A DNA stretch of 64,000 nucleotides from Camelus ferus (Eukaryota). The stretch covers positions 93,436,001 to 93,500,000 of the forward strand of contig NC_045696.1 of NCBI RefSeq assembly GCF_009834535.1. Direction: 5' to 3'. This document shows, piece by piece, positions 1 through 11,628 of the stretch (position 1 is its first letter; every line of letters starts with the position of its first letter). The notes below the pieces were generated by a model. The model saw nothing but the letters and a program-made list of their open reading frames with translations, searched no databases and was not told the DNA's origin. A program made the translations under genes and the position numbers.

Positions 1-129
1 TCCCGTTCTTCACCTGGCCAGCACGGTCCCCTCAAGTCTCACTTGGTCCCTCGGGAAGACCTGCCCTTACACCTGTGACACATGCTGCGGTTCTCTTGCT
101 CACTACCTCTCCCAACCTCCTTTGGTATG

Positions 130-560
130 GCCTCTTGAACTGAGAAATTGAAAAGCTCAGAATTGCACTATTCAGACTTCCTTGCTGCCTGAGGTCTGAA
201 CTGAATATGATTTATATTCACCAAACAGAAGCCTTCATGGAAGGCTTGAATTCAGAGCTGAGTTAGCTGGAGAGAAAAGCAGGGTGCAAGACACCCATTT
301 TTATGGCACAGATCTTGGCAGAGCGGATATGGTTCTGGGGTCAGCAGCAAGCATATAGCCCTGCGATTCTGGCAGCAGTCGTACCTTCTTTCATGGCTCA
401 GTTCTGCAGTATGGCTGTGGACACCATTCATGGCAGTGCATTCTAGGGTCTGTAGTTTAGCACTCATTCTGAAAGCCACCTAATACTCTGCAAAAGAATC
501 TTCCTTCTTACGCTGCCTAACGTAGATTCTGCTATCTGCAGCTGAACCTTGACTGGTACC
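130..560 (+). mobile_element. Degenerate ERVL-type solo LTR (LTR16/LTR33-like)
   Basis: 'ttcagacttccttgctgcctgagg' near the 5' end and 'gattctgctatctgcagctgaaccttgactggtac' at the 3' end resemble LTR16/33 consensus motifs (recall). Confidence 0.45.
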
Positions 561-1519
561 TGGCCTCTCTTCAATGGAAATCAGGCCCCTCTGTTGCAGT
601 CTTTTATTGCACTTGACATCTCTTTCAGAGTACTTGTTCTAGCTTGTAACTGCATATTTACTTCTCTGTTTTTCTGTCTCCAGTGCTAGATTCTCAGCTT
701 TATGAGAGTATAGTAGGTATATCTAACACATAATGATGGAAGAAATTAATAAAAAAGCAAAATATATTGATTCTTCTTTATTCAATGCCTGACTACTGGC
801 TTTCCTTGGAATCCAGAACTGTAGATACATTCGTTGTTTGAATGTAACTACTATTTGCGACCATCCTTATTCATACTGCATCCATCCAAAGTAATCTTAC
901 GCTGTTTCACCTTAGCAATACAGACTCCACTAGAAGTTCCTTCTTGAATCTAATCTCATTACAAGGACTAGGGTTAAACTCAATTTCCCTAACAGTCACT
1001 CTTGAAGATAAAAGAATGCATGTTGCAGAGAAAGCGTATAAATAGCTGAGCACAAGAAATCTAGTATGAGATTTTAGGACAACGTGACTAATGTGTCCCT
1101 GCTATACGAAGCCTTCTCTGGGTTTTCTGATACCCAACGTGAAGATGGAAAAGGCTACTGTCACAAAAAAGCAGAATTATCACTGACAGGTGTATTTTCC
1201 TCAATTGTATCATATTCCTTTCAAATTGGACAAATTTCGACAATGTTTGATATTAAAGGATGAAACATATTTAGATTTAGAAAATCATCCATTGTGTTCC
1301 ATCCCCTAGGAAGAAGATCAGGGGATGGATGCTGCATAGTAGATGAAACGAGAGGAAACAAGGCAGCTATATCATGGGAAGAATGAGCTAGCAGGCTCAG
1401 AAGCCTTACCTTTTATGATTGGCATTTACAAGTGTTTTCATATGCAGATCTAACTCATCTTTTGGTGACCTTTGAAGACAGCAAGCCTGTTTTTCCTGGA
1501 TTCCTTATATCAGTGAATG

Positions 1520-2155
1520 AAATTATCCACCCAGAAACCCAGATATCAACCTGGATTCTTCCCTTTTCCTCATGGATTCATTTTCTCCATCCAATTTGTC
1601 AATAACCACAATTCTTAAAATTTCTCTTTTCTTAATCTTTTTTTCCTCTTTTGTCAGTATTATTAAAACAGCCTCCTAATTGGCATCCCATCACTTCAAT
1701 TTAGAATATGTCTAAAATCCAAATATTATCATGTTACTCCCTTGCTTAAAATCCTTTAGTGGCCTCCCTTTTTAATCAGCCCAGATACTTTGTGATCCTT
1801 CCCAGGCCTTACCACTCCCCCAACCATGCACTCTTTGCACTGTCTTCATTGGAATACTTTAAATTCCCAGAATGCACTAGGTCATCTCCCTATTCCGCAT
1901 CCCCCAGGTTCCTGCACACACTGCTCTACATCCCTGATACCCTCTTCCCACACTCTTTACTTAGCTAACTCTAACTCATTTTACAGAGTTCAGTTTAGAC
2001 ACCATTTCTTCTAAGGAATCCCTTCCCAAACTCTAGTGCCTGGACTACATTTGAGTTTCATAGTTCCCTAAAAATTCTATCCCCACCCTAAGTTATCATC
2101 CTTCTGAATTGGCCTCTTTACATACTTGTTTGTATCCATTAAGATTAAGTTTTAC
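1520..2155 (+). mobile_element. L2 LINE fragment (5' part of a split copy)
   Basis: Typical L2 3'-region motifs: 'aacagcctcctaattggc', 'tcatgttactcccttgcttaaaatcctttagtggcctccc', 'ctaactctaactcatt'. Confidence 0.8.
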
Positions 2156-2169
2156 CTAATATTAAAAAA

Positions 2170-2620
2170 TAATAATAACAGCAACTTAAACAAGTTGGTG
2201 GCTTATTTTTATCTTACATAAAGGAAATCCAGATGTGAGCAGTCCTGAGCTTGTGCGCCAACTTCAAGGTCATCAAGTTTCTAGGACCCTTCCATTTTTC
2301 TGAAGTGACACACTTAGCACATAGTTTCCATCCCTAAGGTTGCCACACAACCAGGAGAACTATGGCAATCACTTCTGTATTACAGACAGCAGGAAAGCAA
2401 CAGACAAAAAGTACATCTAAGCTGTTTCATTTCCTTCTAAGGTGCTTTCCTGGAAGTTTCACCCAACATCCTAGATCACTTTTTATTGGCTACCCCTTGC
2501 TACAGGGGTGGCTGGGAAATGTTATCTTTTAAGCAGGCACACTGATGCTTGCCTTTACATTGTGATTCTGCTAGAAAGGAAGAAGAAGGAGAGATACTGA
2601 GTAGGCAGCCAGCAATCACT
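2170..2620 (-). mobile_element. MaLR solo LTR (old MLT1 subfamily, J/K/L-like) inserted in L2
   Basis: 'aacagcaacttaaacaag...tttttatcttacataaaggaaatccag' and 'attggctaccccttgctacaggggtggctgggaaatgt' match antisense MLT1 motifs. Confidence 0.7.
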
Positions 2621-2624
2621 GCTA

Positions 2625-2755
2625 TGCTGGGTTATCTACTCTTTAAGGGCAGAGGCTATCTCCTCATACCATCTTCACACCTGAGCACCACACCACACCA
2701 AATCACACCACACCACACACTGAAAGGATATTCAAGTAAGTATTTGCTGAGCTAA
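2625..2755 (+). mobile_element. L2 3' end (continuation of 1520-2155)
   Basis: 'ctctttaagggcagaggctatctc...ttcaagtaagtatttgctgagctaaat' resembles the L2 terminus. Confidence 0.7.
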
Positions 2756-3489
2756 ATATATTAATAGCTTAAAGATAAACAGTGTAACATTGGGCATGCT
2801 AATAGACTAGATTGTGGTACCTCATATATGAAATAGAGAGTCTCTAAAATTTGTTTTTTTGAAGCTGTGAAATTCTTTTTTATTTTCTAAATAAAATGTT
2901 ATCTAGAACCCAGCATGAAGCGTAGAGGTGGAATGTTCAGGTTGGAGGCGAGAAGCCTGCATCCCAAATTGGCCTCCCCTTTGAAACTCCCAGGGAAGTG
3001 CCCTGGAGTACCTCCTGAGATATCCTGGGATAATTCCAGGGCTTCACAAGTCACAAACACAAAAGAGAACTTTGTGGTCCATGTGGAATATTGAAAAGCT
3101 GATGTACAGTCCTCTTTAATTTCAACTGTGCCCATCCTTCAAGTTGTAGCTCATACCCTAGTTTATGCATAAAGTTTTCACTGATATCCCCTGACTGCCC
3201 ACTTCTAAACTAGAGGTAGGGGTTTGGTGAGACTTGCCCACTAACTGCAGATCATCTATTCAAGGGGAGGTACAGTATATAGCATTGAAAAGTGAAGCTG
3301 GAATGAAAAAATCAAGCAGATAGTGGACCCCAATTATTCTTCAGATCATCAGAGAACTAAAACTTAAGTATAGGCCAAAAGGTACACTGAAGCATTAGCA
3401 CAGAGCTAATGGATTTAGATGAAGAGGTAAAAGAAAGAACACAGAGTGGCCGGAATGCAGGGACTTATTATGGAACACCTGGGACCACC

Positions 3490-3730
3490 ACTGTAATAGC
3501 TACAATTTATTCTAACTCTCATATGTGCTAGTACTTTGATATGAATTTTACATATGCTATTCTTAATTCTCATAGCAATGAAAGAATGCTATTATTATCT
3601 CCATTTTATCAATACAGAAACTATGGCTTAAAAAAAATTCCTCACATTTTTGGTGAGAAAGAAGGGACTGCTAACTGTAGTTCAGGATGTCTTCTTCCAG
3701 TGCTACTCCGTGTTCTTTTCAACACCACAA
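3490..3730 (-). mobile_element. MIR SINE
   Basis: 'taatagctacaatttatt' and MIR core 'attattatctccattttatcaatacagaaactatggct'. Confidence 0.75.
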
Positions 3731-4144
3731 TGATGCTCTGATTGCTGAATTACAGTGCTCTAGGATAAAATCCCCTTCTTTGGTCAGTTGGGCTAATGGC
3801 TCTTCAGAGAGATGCTTAAGGCTGCTCTTGTAAATACAGCCTTTAGGGTGAGGACTGCAAAGCCTGGTATTTAATGGTAATTATTTCTATTACTTCCACC
3901 CTTTGAACTCAGAAGACTGCACATTGACTCATAAACTATGAGGAAATGGGTGGTAAAAAATATTGGCATTTATTATTTTCATAGTGCAGTCTATCTCCTT
4001 TCATCATCTCCAAAATATACCATCCTATTTCTGTTGGTAGACCCTCCTTTCATTGCTTAGAAAGGCCCCTGTTTCAGTGCACAAGGATTTTCTATTGGGG
4101 ATAAAATTATGAATTTAAATAGTAGCTAATCAAGGAAAAAAAGA

Positions 4145-4823
4145 TGTTAGGGTAGTCATTCCTTTTCCTGCCTTGTTCCCATATAGTTACTTCTTTCTCA
4201 TCTTGCATTTTCTCCTGTTTCCTCATTGCCTAGATTTCCACCCTGAGGAACCAAGGTTGAACCCAGCAGTGACTAAGTTGAGAGAGGTCGTTAGGCAGGC
4301 TTACTGACCCTGGCTGACTAACAACAAGGGAAAGGAAGTACCCAGCTGATGAAAAGGCAGGACGTTTCTCTCATCCCACAGCTGGCTCCTGAAAATCCAA
4401 GGACATATCTCAATATCTCTTCCTTTGTTCTCTCTGGAGTTGCTGCTAGTTGCTTTCTGTTTCAGGGCTGAGCTCTGAGGGAAGAAGGAGCCTGTAGCAG
4501 AAAATAATTACCACCACCACCAGAATGATGATAACGATGGCATTGCCTTCTAACAAAAGACCCCTCCGCCCGTCCTGAGCCAGAGCTGTCTCTACTGGCC
4601 ATCTTGGTTGACAGCTCCCCACTCACTTGAGCACTTCCTTTCCTGGCTCAAATGCCTTTCTTTCCTTCTCTCTGCTTCAGCACTTTCCATTTCCCCTTCT
4701 GAGTAATAAAGCGGCTGTTCACTTCATCCCTCTGCCTCTGCTGCACAAATTCTTTCACAGCTGGCAGCAAGGACCCACACTCTGGCAAGCTTCCTAAATT
4801 AGGGCTCCCTCTATCCACTAACA
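4145..4823 (+). mobile_element. ERV (class I-like) solo LTR
   Basis: Starts TGTTAG (4145) and ends CTAACA (4823), which are inverted termini. AATAAA at 4705-4710 is followed by a U5-like 'caaattctttcacagctggcagcaaggaccc'. No clean TSD. Confidence 0.65.
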
Positions 4824-5243
4824 AAATCACTGGACCATCTTATCATCATCTAATTCATTGATTGCTGATTGACTGAAAAGCCAATTTCTCCCTTTTAGAT
4901 TATGTTAAGTTCACCAATGACTTATGCATCATCAAACAGCCACTGGGTCTCCTTAACAGAGACAAATGTTACCAAAGCAGAAGCATCTGTGCTTTTTCCT
5001 GGAGAAGTTGGTAGAACCTTTCCACAGCTGTGTAGGACTCTGCTGGAGTGGACCAAGGTTCTAGCTTATCAAACTGTCTGAGATATTCTTCTGGTCTGAC
5101 CTTCCTTCCAGAACTAGGATGTCTTGGGCTCCTTCCTGCAGGCGTCTCTTTCCTTCTTTCCAGCTGAGCAGCTTTCAGAGCCTTCTCGGCTCTGAGGTTT
5201 CCAAGAGGAAGATGGCATGTGCAATATGAAAAATACTATCTCA

Positions 5244-5398
5244 CAGGGAGTGTATAGCTCAGTGGTAGAGTATGTGCTTGGCATGCATGAGGTCTTGGAT
5301 TCAATCCCCAGGACCTCCATTAAAAAATAAACAAACCTAATTACCTCCCTCTGTCCCCCAAATAAAATAGTTGCTTAGTAAATATTAAAAAAAAAAAA
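5244..5398 (+). mobile_element. Camelid tRNA-derived SINE (Vic-1 type)
   Basis: A box TAGCTCAGTGG (5255), B-box-like GGATTCAATCC (5297), tail 'aaacctaattacctccc', poly(A). Perfect 16-bp TSD GAAAAATACTATCTCA at 5228-5243 and 5399-5414. Confidence 0.92.
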
Positions 5399-6424
5399 GA
5401 AAAATACTATCTCAAAATTTTATAGTTAAGTAATGAGATCAAGGAATCATGTAAACTAAAGTGGATACTTTCATCTGATTTATCCAAATGTTTTAAAATC
5501 AATGTCTGGTTTTTTTGGTAACTTTAATTATACAAACCATTGGCACAAGTTATTCTGGTTGAGTAGAAATTGCCAAAAATTTTAAATATAACACGTCCAA
5601 TATACAATAATTTGATTTTGAAATTCTATATTAAGTGAACTTCAAGTCCCTCTCAGGAATACATCGAACAAGAAGAATAAAAGGCTCCTTGTGATTTTGA
5701 ATAGTTCAGCCAATCCTCATCAGATTATGTTAGCACTTTTTGTGCATATGATAAGCTAACATTCTTCTAAGCCTGTAATGATTTGTTTAAAAATGATCAT
5801 TTCTTTGGTTATTCTTATACTCTCAGCAAGGTGGTGAGCACATCCATAGCACTCAGTAAAAATGTACTTTGAGATTGATTTTAAAATATATGATATTCTA
5901 CCGGGTGGATTAAATAAATACCAACTTCTCTTATTTCTCATACTCGTAATTATAGTATAATATATTCTCCTGAAACACTAATAGTAGAACTTTGTTTTGT
6001 CATGTCCTTTCTCAAACATAAGCAAATAATGTCCTATTTTAAAAACCTCAAACACTTATATTAAATATATCTGTTTCTTAATTTCCCTGAAAATCTCTCT
6101 CAGTCTAGGAATCGTAAGAGGGACTTCCCTAAAAATAAGCAAGAGTTCAAAACTGGCCACAAAGAAGCCAAAGCAGAATAAATTTAAAATGTGGCTCCCT
6201 GCCATCCTGCAACGCTCTTAACCGGGAAGTACTGGGCCCCTCCCTCAAATACTCCTTGGCTGATGACTTATCTTGGGAATACATTTTCCTAGAGAAGTCC
6301 TAAGAAGAGCTGTTTCCTTGAAGGGATGTGTGCTTTTGTTGGTGGATGCTGACTCAGGAAGAAGATGAAAGAAGTGTGGAAGCCTAAACGGCCCTGCAGT
6401 CAGCGTAGAGAAAGGGAGCAGGAA

Positions 6425-6620
6425 AGGATTTGTGTTTGTTGAGTCCCTAGTTTGGCTAAATGCTAACGTGCGTGTAACGTAACTTTTACTCTGTTAGATA
6501 TTATTGCCCATTTTATAGATGAGAAAAATCACTGAAAGGCTAATTAAATTGCTTGAGTTCACTTTTTTTAGCAAAAGGTAGAACTTGAAGTTACTAGATT
6601 AAAACAGAACCGTAATTCTG
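6425..6620 (-). mobile_element. MIR SINE fragment
   Basis: 'tattattgcccattttatagatgagaaaa...aggctaattaaattgcttgagttcac'. Confidence 0.75.
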
Positions 6621-6849
6621 TGGAGAATGAGCAGTGTGCTGCTTCTCTTCATCAGCCAGCAAAGCAGTCCAACCTGGCTTGGGTTTCAGTGGGGCACGCA
6701 TACGCCCCCCATGCCAGCTTCATTTTCCTTAACTTACATCTAATTAATTAACAAAGGATTATATCTTTAGTACCATAATCAGGGAGGAAGCTTCACATAC
6801 AAATTCCCCTAGAAAATGCAGCACATAGCTTTCAGTTAGTGCTCAAATG

Positions 6850-7020
6850 TTAATAGCAATCATGTTACTACATTTATCAAGTATTTGTCAAGCACTTTAC
6901 ATATAATTTCTATTTGAGCCACAGTAACCTTAAACACATTATTACTTCCATTTTAAATATGAAGCAATTGTAATTTAAAGAAAGTAAATATCTACTAAAT
7001 GGAAGGGCCAGTATTCGATA
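6850..7020 (-). mobile_element. MIR SINE fragment
   Basis: 'tacatttatcaagtattt...caagcactttacata...ttattacttccattttaaatatgaagcaattg'. Confidence 0.6.
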
Positions 7021-7094
7021 CTGTCTCTAAGTTTAAATCTAGTAGTAATCATTTCTCAGCATCACTTATGAAATTAAAAATAATTATCATCTGA

Positions 7095-7645
7095 ACATTA
7101 ATTGGTTTTTTTGGCCACCCAGCCCCAAAAGGTTAGTATTTTTTGTTCACCTTACTCTCATCTCCCCACACTCAGCCCAAGTGCTTTTCACTCCATTTTC
7201 AGATTCAGAAGTGCACTCAGATTGATCCAAACCAACCACCATGCTCCATTTTCTTGGCAATAGTAATGGGTTCAAGATGGGCATGTATGCAAATGAGAGC
7301 TGATAAAACATGAGCCAGTGTCTGGGCTTCTGAGAAAGAAATGCTTTCTCTATCTATTTCCTGTGGATTTGATAGTATGAGAGTATGCGGTCTGGAGCTG
7401 GAGTTATTTTGTAATGATAAAGACGAGCTGCCAGTGCCTGCTATCTGGCGCATGAGAATGAAGAATGGAGCCAGCCCTCACTAGCTTGAACAGAGAGGGT
7501 AATCCTAATGGTTATTTGTTCCTGAATCAAGTTGTACCTGAAGATATCATTGCTGAAAGACTGCAATTACATGAGACAATGTTTTGTTTGTTTATGGCAA
7601 ATTAAGTTGTTTTCTATTGTTTGCATCTCAACATAGCCTAATATT
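7095..7645 (+). mobile_element. ERVL solo LTR (LTR16-like)
   Basis: 'tttttggccacccagc', 'gggttcaagatgggcatgt', 'cctgaatcaagttgtacctgaag', 'ttacatgagacaat', and terminal 'tttctattgtttgcatctcaacatagcctaa'. Confidence 0.75.
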
Positions 7646-7649
7646 TTAA

Positions 7650-7850
7650 CTTGACTCAAAAAGCACTGACCATAAAATAATCGGTAAACTGGACTACACT
7701 AAAATTAAACATTTCTGTACGTGAAAAGTCATCGTAAATTGGAAAACAAAGTCTCAAAAACGAAACAAAAAATTATTTTTAACATATAAAATTGAAGGAT
7801 TAGTATCCAGACTGTATAAATCAAAAAATAACAAAGAAACCAATACATTG
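7650..7850 (+). mobile_element. Old L1 (L1M) ORF2 3' fragment
   Basis: 'aaaagcactgaccataaaa...taaactggactacactaaaattaaacatttctg...aggattagtatccagactgtataaa'. Confidence 0.75.
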
Positions 7851-8411
7851 ATTTTTACAGTAAAATTGTGTTATTTACACAAAAATTTTTAAAGAAACAC
7901 AAAAAATACAGAAAGAAGTTAAATGAAAAATGAAGGTCTCCTGTTAAGACCCCATCTTCAGTCCCATTTCCCAAAGATGCACATTTTCACCTTTTTCCTT
8001 TTATTATTCTAGTGACTGTATCAAAATATATGCTGAAATATACAGTTTATATTATTAAAACTGTGTCATGGTACAGGTATGCAAATGAGGCAGGATCACC
8101 CAGCCTGGCTGTTCCATATACAGTACACAGCCCATTCTCCCCTCTAAACCTGCTGACTTAGAGACTGCAAGCTTTCCCCTCAGCTGCAGGATTCCTGAGT
8201 GCCCTGAGAGTGGCCTTTCTCTTCTCAGTTCTGTCTTCAGCCTTTCTGCGTGATCCCTAGAACTCTGTCAAAATGATCAGTGCACTAATTTCACCCCTTC
8301 TCATTTTCAGTGTTGCTACAGATTCAATGTCAATGGTACAACTTTCTTTGTAATGCCATGAAATCTAGTGGAAAGAGGTAAACACGGCTCCCTGGTCTTC
8401 CATCTGGAAGC

Positions 8412-8991
8412 TGTGGTAGGCAGAATTCTCAGATGGTCCCCAAATTCCTGGCCCCGGGTATACATAATCCTTCTCCCATTTACTCAAACACTAATCTCGG
8501 TATTTTTGAAGTGATTTTGCAGATGGAAATAAAGTCCCAAATCGGCTGACCTTAATATTGTCTGGATGGCCCTGACTGAATCACATCAACCCTTTAAATA
8601 TGAGTCTAGATGTCAGAGATAGAAGAGGACAGAGTTTTGAAGACTGGGAAGGATTTGCTGGCTTGAAAATGGAGGGGACCTCATGGCAAGGAATGCAGGT
8701 GATCTGTAGGAGCTTAGAGTGGTCGCCAGCTGACAGCCAACAAGGAGACATGGTCCTTAGTTCTATTATCGCGAACAATCAGATGAACTTGGAAGCAGAT
8801 CCTTCCTCAGAGTTTCCAGAAGGAAAATCAGCCCAGGTGATCTTGATTTCAGTTTTTGAGCTTTGAGCAGAAAACCCAGACATGTCAATATTTAGACTTC
8901 TGACCTATAGAACTGTGAGCTAATAAATGGGTATTGCCTTAAGTCACTATGTTTGTGTCAATTTGTTATGAAGCAATGGAAAATGAATTAA
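8412..8991 (+). mobile_element. MaLR solo LTR (MLT1E/D-like), near full length
   Basis: Begins 'tgtggtaggcagaattctcagatggtcccc'. Contains 'gacttctgacctatagaactgtgagctaataaatggg'. Ends 'aatttgttatgaagcaatggaaaatgaat'. Confidence 0.88.
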
Positions 8992-9406
8992 AAAGTTCAA
9001 CTTCAAATACCAACCCCAGAACTTTTAAAAGCTCCACAAGTATTTCTGAAACACCTTCAAGTTTAAGTTCTGGATAATACATTCTACTGTTTTTTGTTTA
9101 TGCTTGTTTCCTGAAAGCAATTCTCCTGTGGTAGATTTGTTAGTGAGGAAACACCATGGGACTGAATTTTTAGGATTATGATCTTTGCTCACAAGTGGAA
9201 ATTTAGCAGTAGTCTTAGAAGCCTTGAAGGTTGAGAAAAGCTGAGAGTACTGCCTGGATGATGAATTTTATGTCAGGTTAAGTTTTAGTCATTCATTTAT
9301 TCACTAAGCATTTGAGGGCACCGACACCACTCCAAGCACTATAGTCTATTGGATAAAACTCATGCAAGCAAAAGTATCTTAGCACAATACAGTAAATGCT
9401 ATAATT

Positions 9407-9550
9407 CCCTGTTTCTCAAAGTGTGATACACTGGGGAGTATCTTGTAAGTGGTGAATCTTAGGCCTCACACCAAACCTACTGAATCAGAATCTGCATTTT
9501 AATAAGACCCTAAGGTGATTGCTAAGCACACTTAAGTTTGAAGAACACTT
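9407..9550. mobile_element. MER5A (hAT-Charlie MITE) inside an antisense L2 fragment (~9288-9620)
   Basis: 'tttctcaaagtgtg...aaacctactgaatcagaatctgcattttaataagaccc...ttaagtttgagaacact' with inverted termini. Confidence 0.85.
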
Positions 9551-10509
9551 CCGTAATACACTACAGTTGAAGTTAAAAGAGCTCCGGTGACAGTGAGGAT
9601 GATTAATTCCTCCTCGAAGGTTTAGTTCTTATTCCTGCAAAGAGGCACCAGGGGCACAAGCTGCTTTGTCTTGCTATCTTCTGAAAATTCATAATGAGTG
9701 AGAATTTGGGGCAAGAATATTTCAAAGCCTAGACTGCTCTGAGAAATGACAGAATTCAAATTATTATGGAAGATAAAACAAGATAAATATCCCAAGCACT
9801 CATTAAAATAAACCAAAAATGTACTGAGACAAAATAAAGTCAACTTCAGTCTTATTTTAAAGATAATATTAGGCATAGTTTATAGAAGAAATATTCTCTG
9901 TGTCTTAGAAATTTGAGTGATGTTACTGATTACTAATAACATAATAATTAACTTGTCTGTGGGTTAACTTTGAGTTTTAATCACAATAAAAAAGTTTCTC
10001 ATGATACCTCTGTTGTTCTGTCCATCTTGCAGCACATTTTATTGATGACATTCTTCAGATAGTTCACCTCGACTTCAGACTGAGAAATTACTTTGATTTA
10101 TCCTAAAACAAAAATGGAGAGGAATTTATATAGTGAAGAATGAAAGGGGAAGATAGAGATGATGTAGGTGAGCAATGATGGGATAGATCATCAGAAAATT
10201 AAATCAGGTAAGTCTAAATTTAGGGCATTATTTCATTATGATAGAGGGACCAATGTGAGTAGTTTACACATCACTTCTATACCAAAATTATTTGGCAGTT
10301 ATTAAAATGAAAACTTGGTGGAGTAAACACCTAATGAATCCAAACTATCAAATTAAGTAAACTCTCATTAATTGCTTCTACCTGTTGTACCTACTAACAG
10401 CCTTTCCAGATGCACTACTCTGTTAAATCAAACCTCATTGTAGATACATGAAAATATATAACTTAGAATACCACTAATCTGATTGCCTAAGTATTTTAAA
10501 AACTCAGTA

Positions 10510-11040
10510 CAGGCTGTGGCTTAAGTGAAATAACTCAAATAATACAGTTTTCTTCTTGTTCCTGCAACAAGTCCAACATGGCTGCAATTGATCTGGTGAT
10601 GTGCTCTAAGAAATGATTCAGAGATCCAACTTTCTTTTGCCTCCTTGGGGCAGTACCACTCAAGGTGCAGCAGTCTACAAATTACTGTCTGTCTGTAACA
10701 AAATAAGGAGCTTGTGGGAGAACATAAACCAGCTCATTACTTATCTCACTGTTTAGTTCAGTTGATGTATTATTCATAGGAAGACTTTCTCAATGAAGGA
10801 ACCAGTGCCTGCCATAGGGCCTGAGAGTCCTCTACTGTATTATCTACTAGGGAGAAGAGCAGAGAGAATCTTAGGAAGCTGCTTTTAGTAGTAGCCATGC
10901 CTAGAGTTCATATATTGTTTTGCCCACAGTTCGCTGTTCAGAATGCACATGATCTCCATGAAACCATAAGAAAAGCAGAAAAAATATAGGATAGATGAGT
11001 GCCTAAGAGGGAAAAAGTGCACCTAGTAGTCTCTGCCACA
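10510..11040 (-). mobile_element. Old MLT1-type MaLR LTR, interrupted at ~10660-10810 by a probable hAT-Charlie fragment
   Basis: 'gtggcttaa...', 'ttttgcccacagttcgctgttcagaat', terminal 'tagtctctgccaca'. The internal segment 'cactgtttagttcagttga...aagactttctcaatgaaggaa' is Charlie-like. Confidence 0.55.
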
Positions 11041-11128
11041 ACCTTTTCTGTATTTTCCATTCCCCATGCTCATCTTAGGAGTATTTGCAGCACTTCTTGT
11101 TCTCATGATATTACTAGAATACTATATA

Positions 11129-11628
11129 CTGATCTTGCTCAACTAATGAAGAGGTTATGCCCCAAGAAAGCCATTGTTAAGTTAAAAATGTAGAGAGTCA
11201 AACATGCATTTAATACATCTAACCCATGGAACATCATAGCTTAGCCTAGCCTACCTTAAATGTTCATAGAACACTTACATAGACTGCAGTTGGGTAAAAG
11301 CATCTAACACAAAGCCTCTTTCATAATAAAGAGTTGAATATCTCATGTAGTTTATTGAGTACTGTACTGAAAGTGAGAAACAGAATGGTTGCATGGGTAC
11401 AGAATGGTTGTAAGTGTATGGATTGCTTTCCCTCGTGACCCTGTGGCTGACCAGGAGCTGCATCTAGTTGCCACTGCCCAGCATCACGAGAGTATTCTAC
11501 TGCTTATCGCTGGTCCAGGAAATGATCAAAATTCAAAATTCATGTTTTCTACTGAATGCTTATCACTTTTGAATCATTATAAAGTTGAAAAATCTTAAGT
11601 TGAATCATTGTATGTTGGAGACCATATG
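11129..11628 (+). mobile_element. MER47/Tigger5-family non-autonomous TcMar DNA transposon
   Basis: 'catcatagcttagcctagcctaccttaaa', 'tactgtactgaaagtgagaaacagaatggttg'; degenerate TIRs; TA on both flanks (11127-8, 11629-30). Confidence 0.85.

Noticed and set aside
5246..5318. tRNA-Ala-like gene (also 34660-34733 on the minus strand)
   Set aside because: The acceptor stem is not intact, and each copy has a SINE tail and TSDs: these are SINE heads, not tRNA genes.
5114..5320. ORF MEVLGIESKTSCMPSTYSTTELY...
   Set aside because: Antisense translation of the SINE running into flanking DNA.
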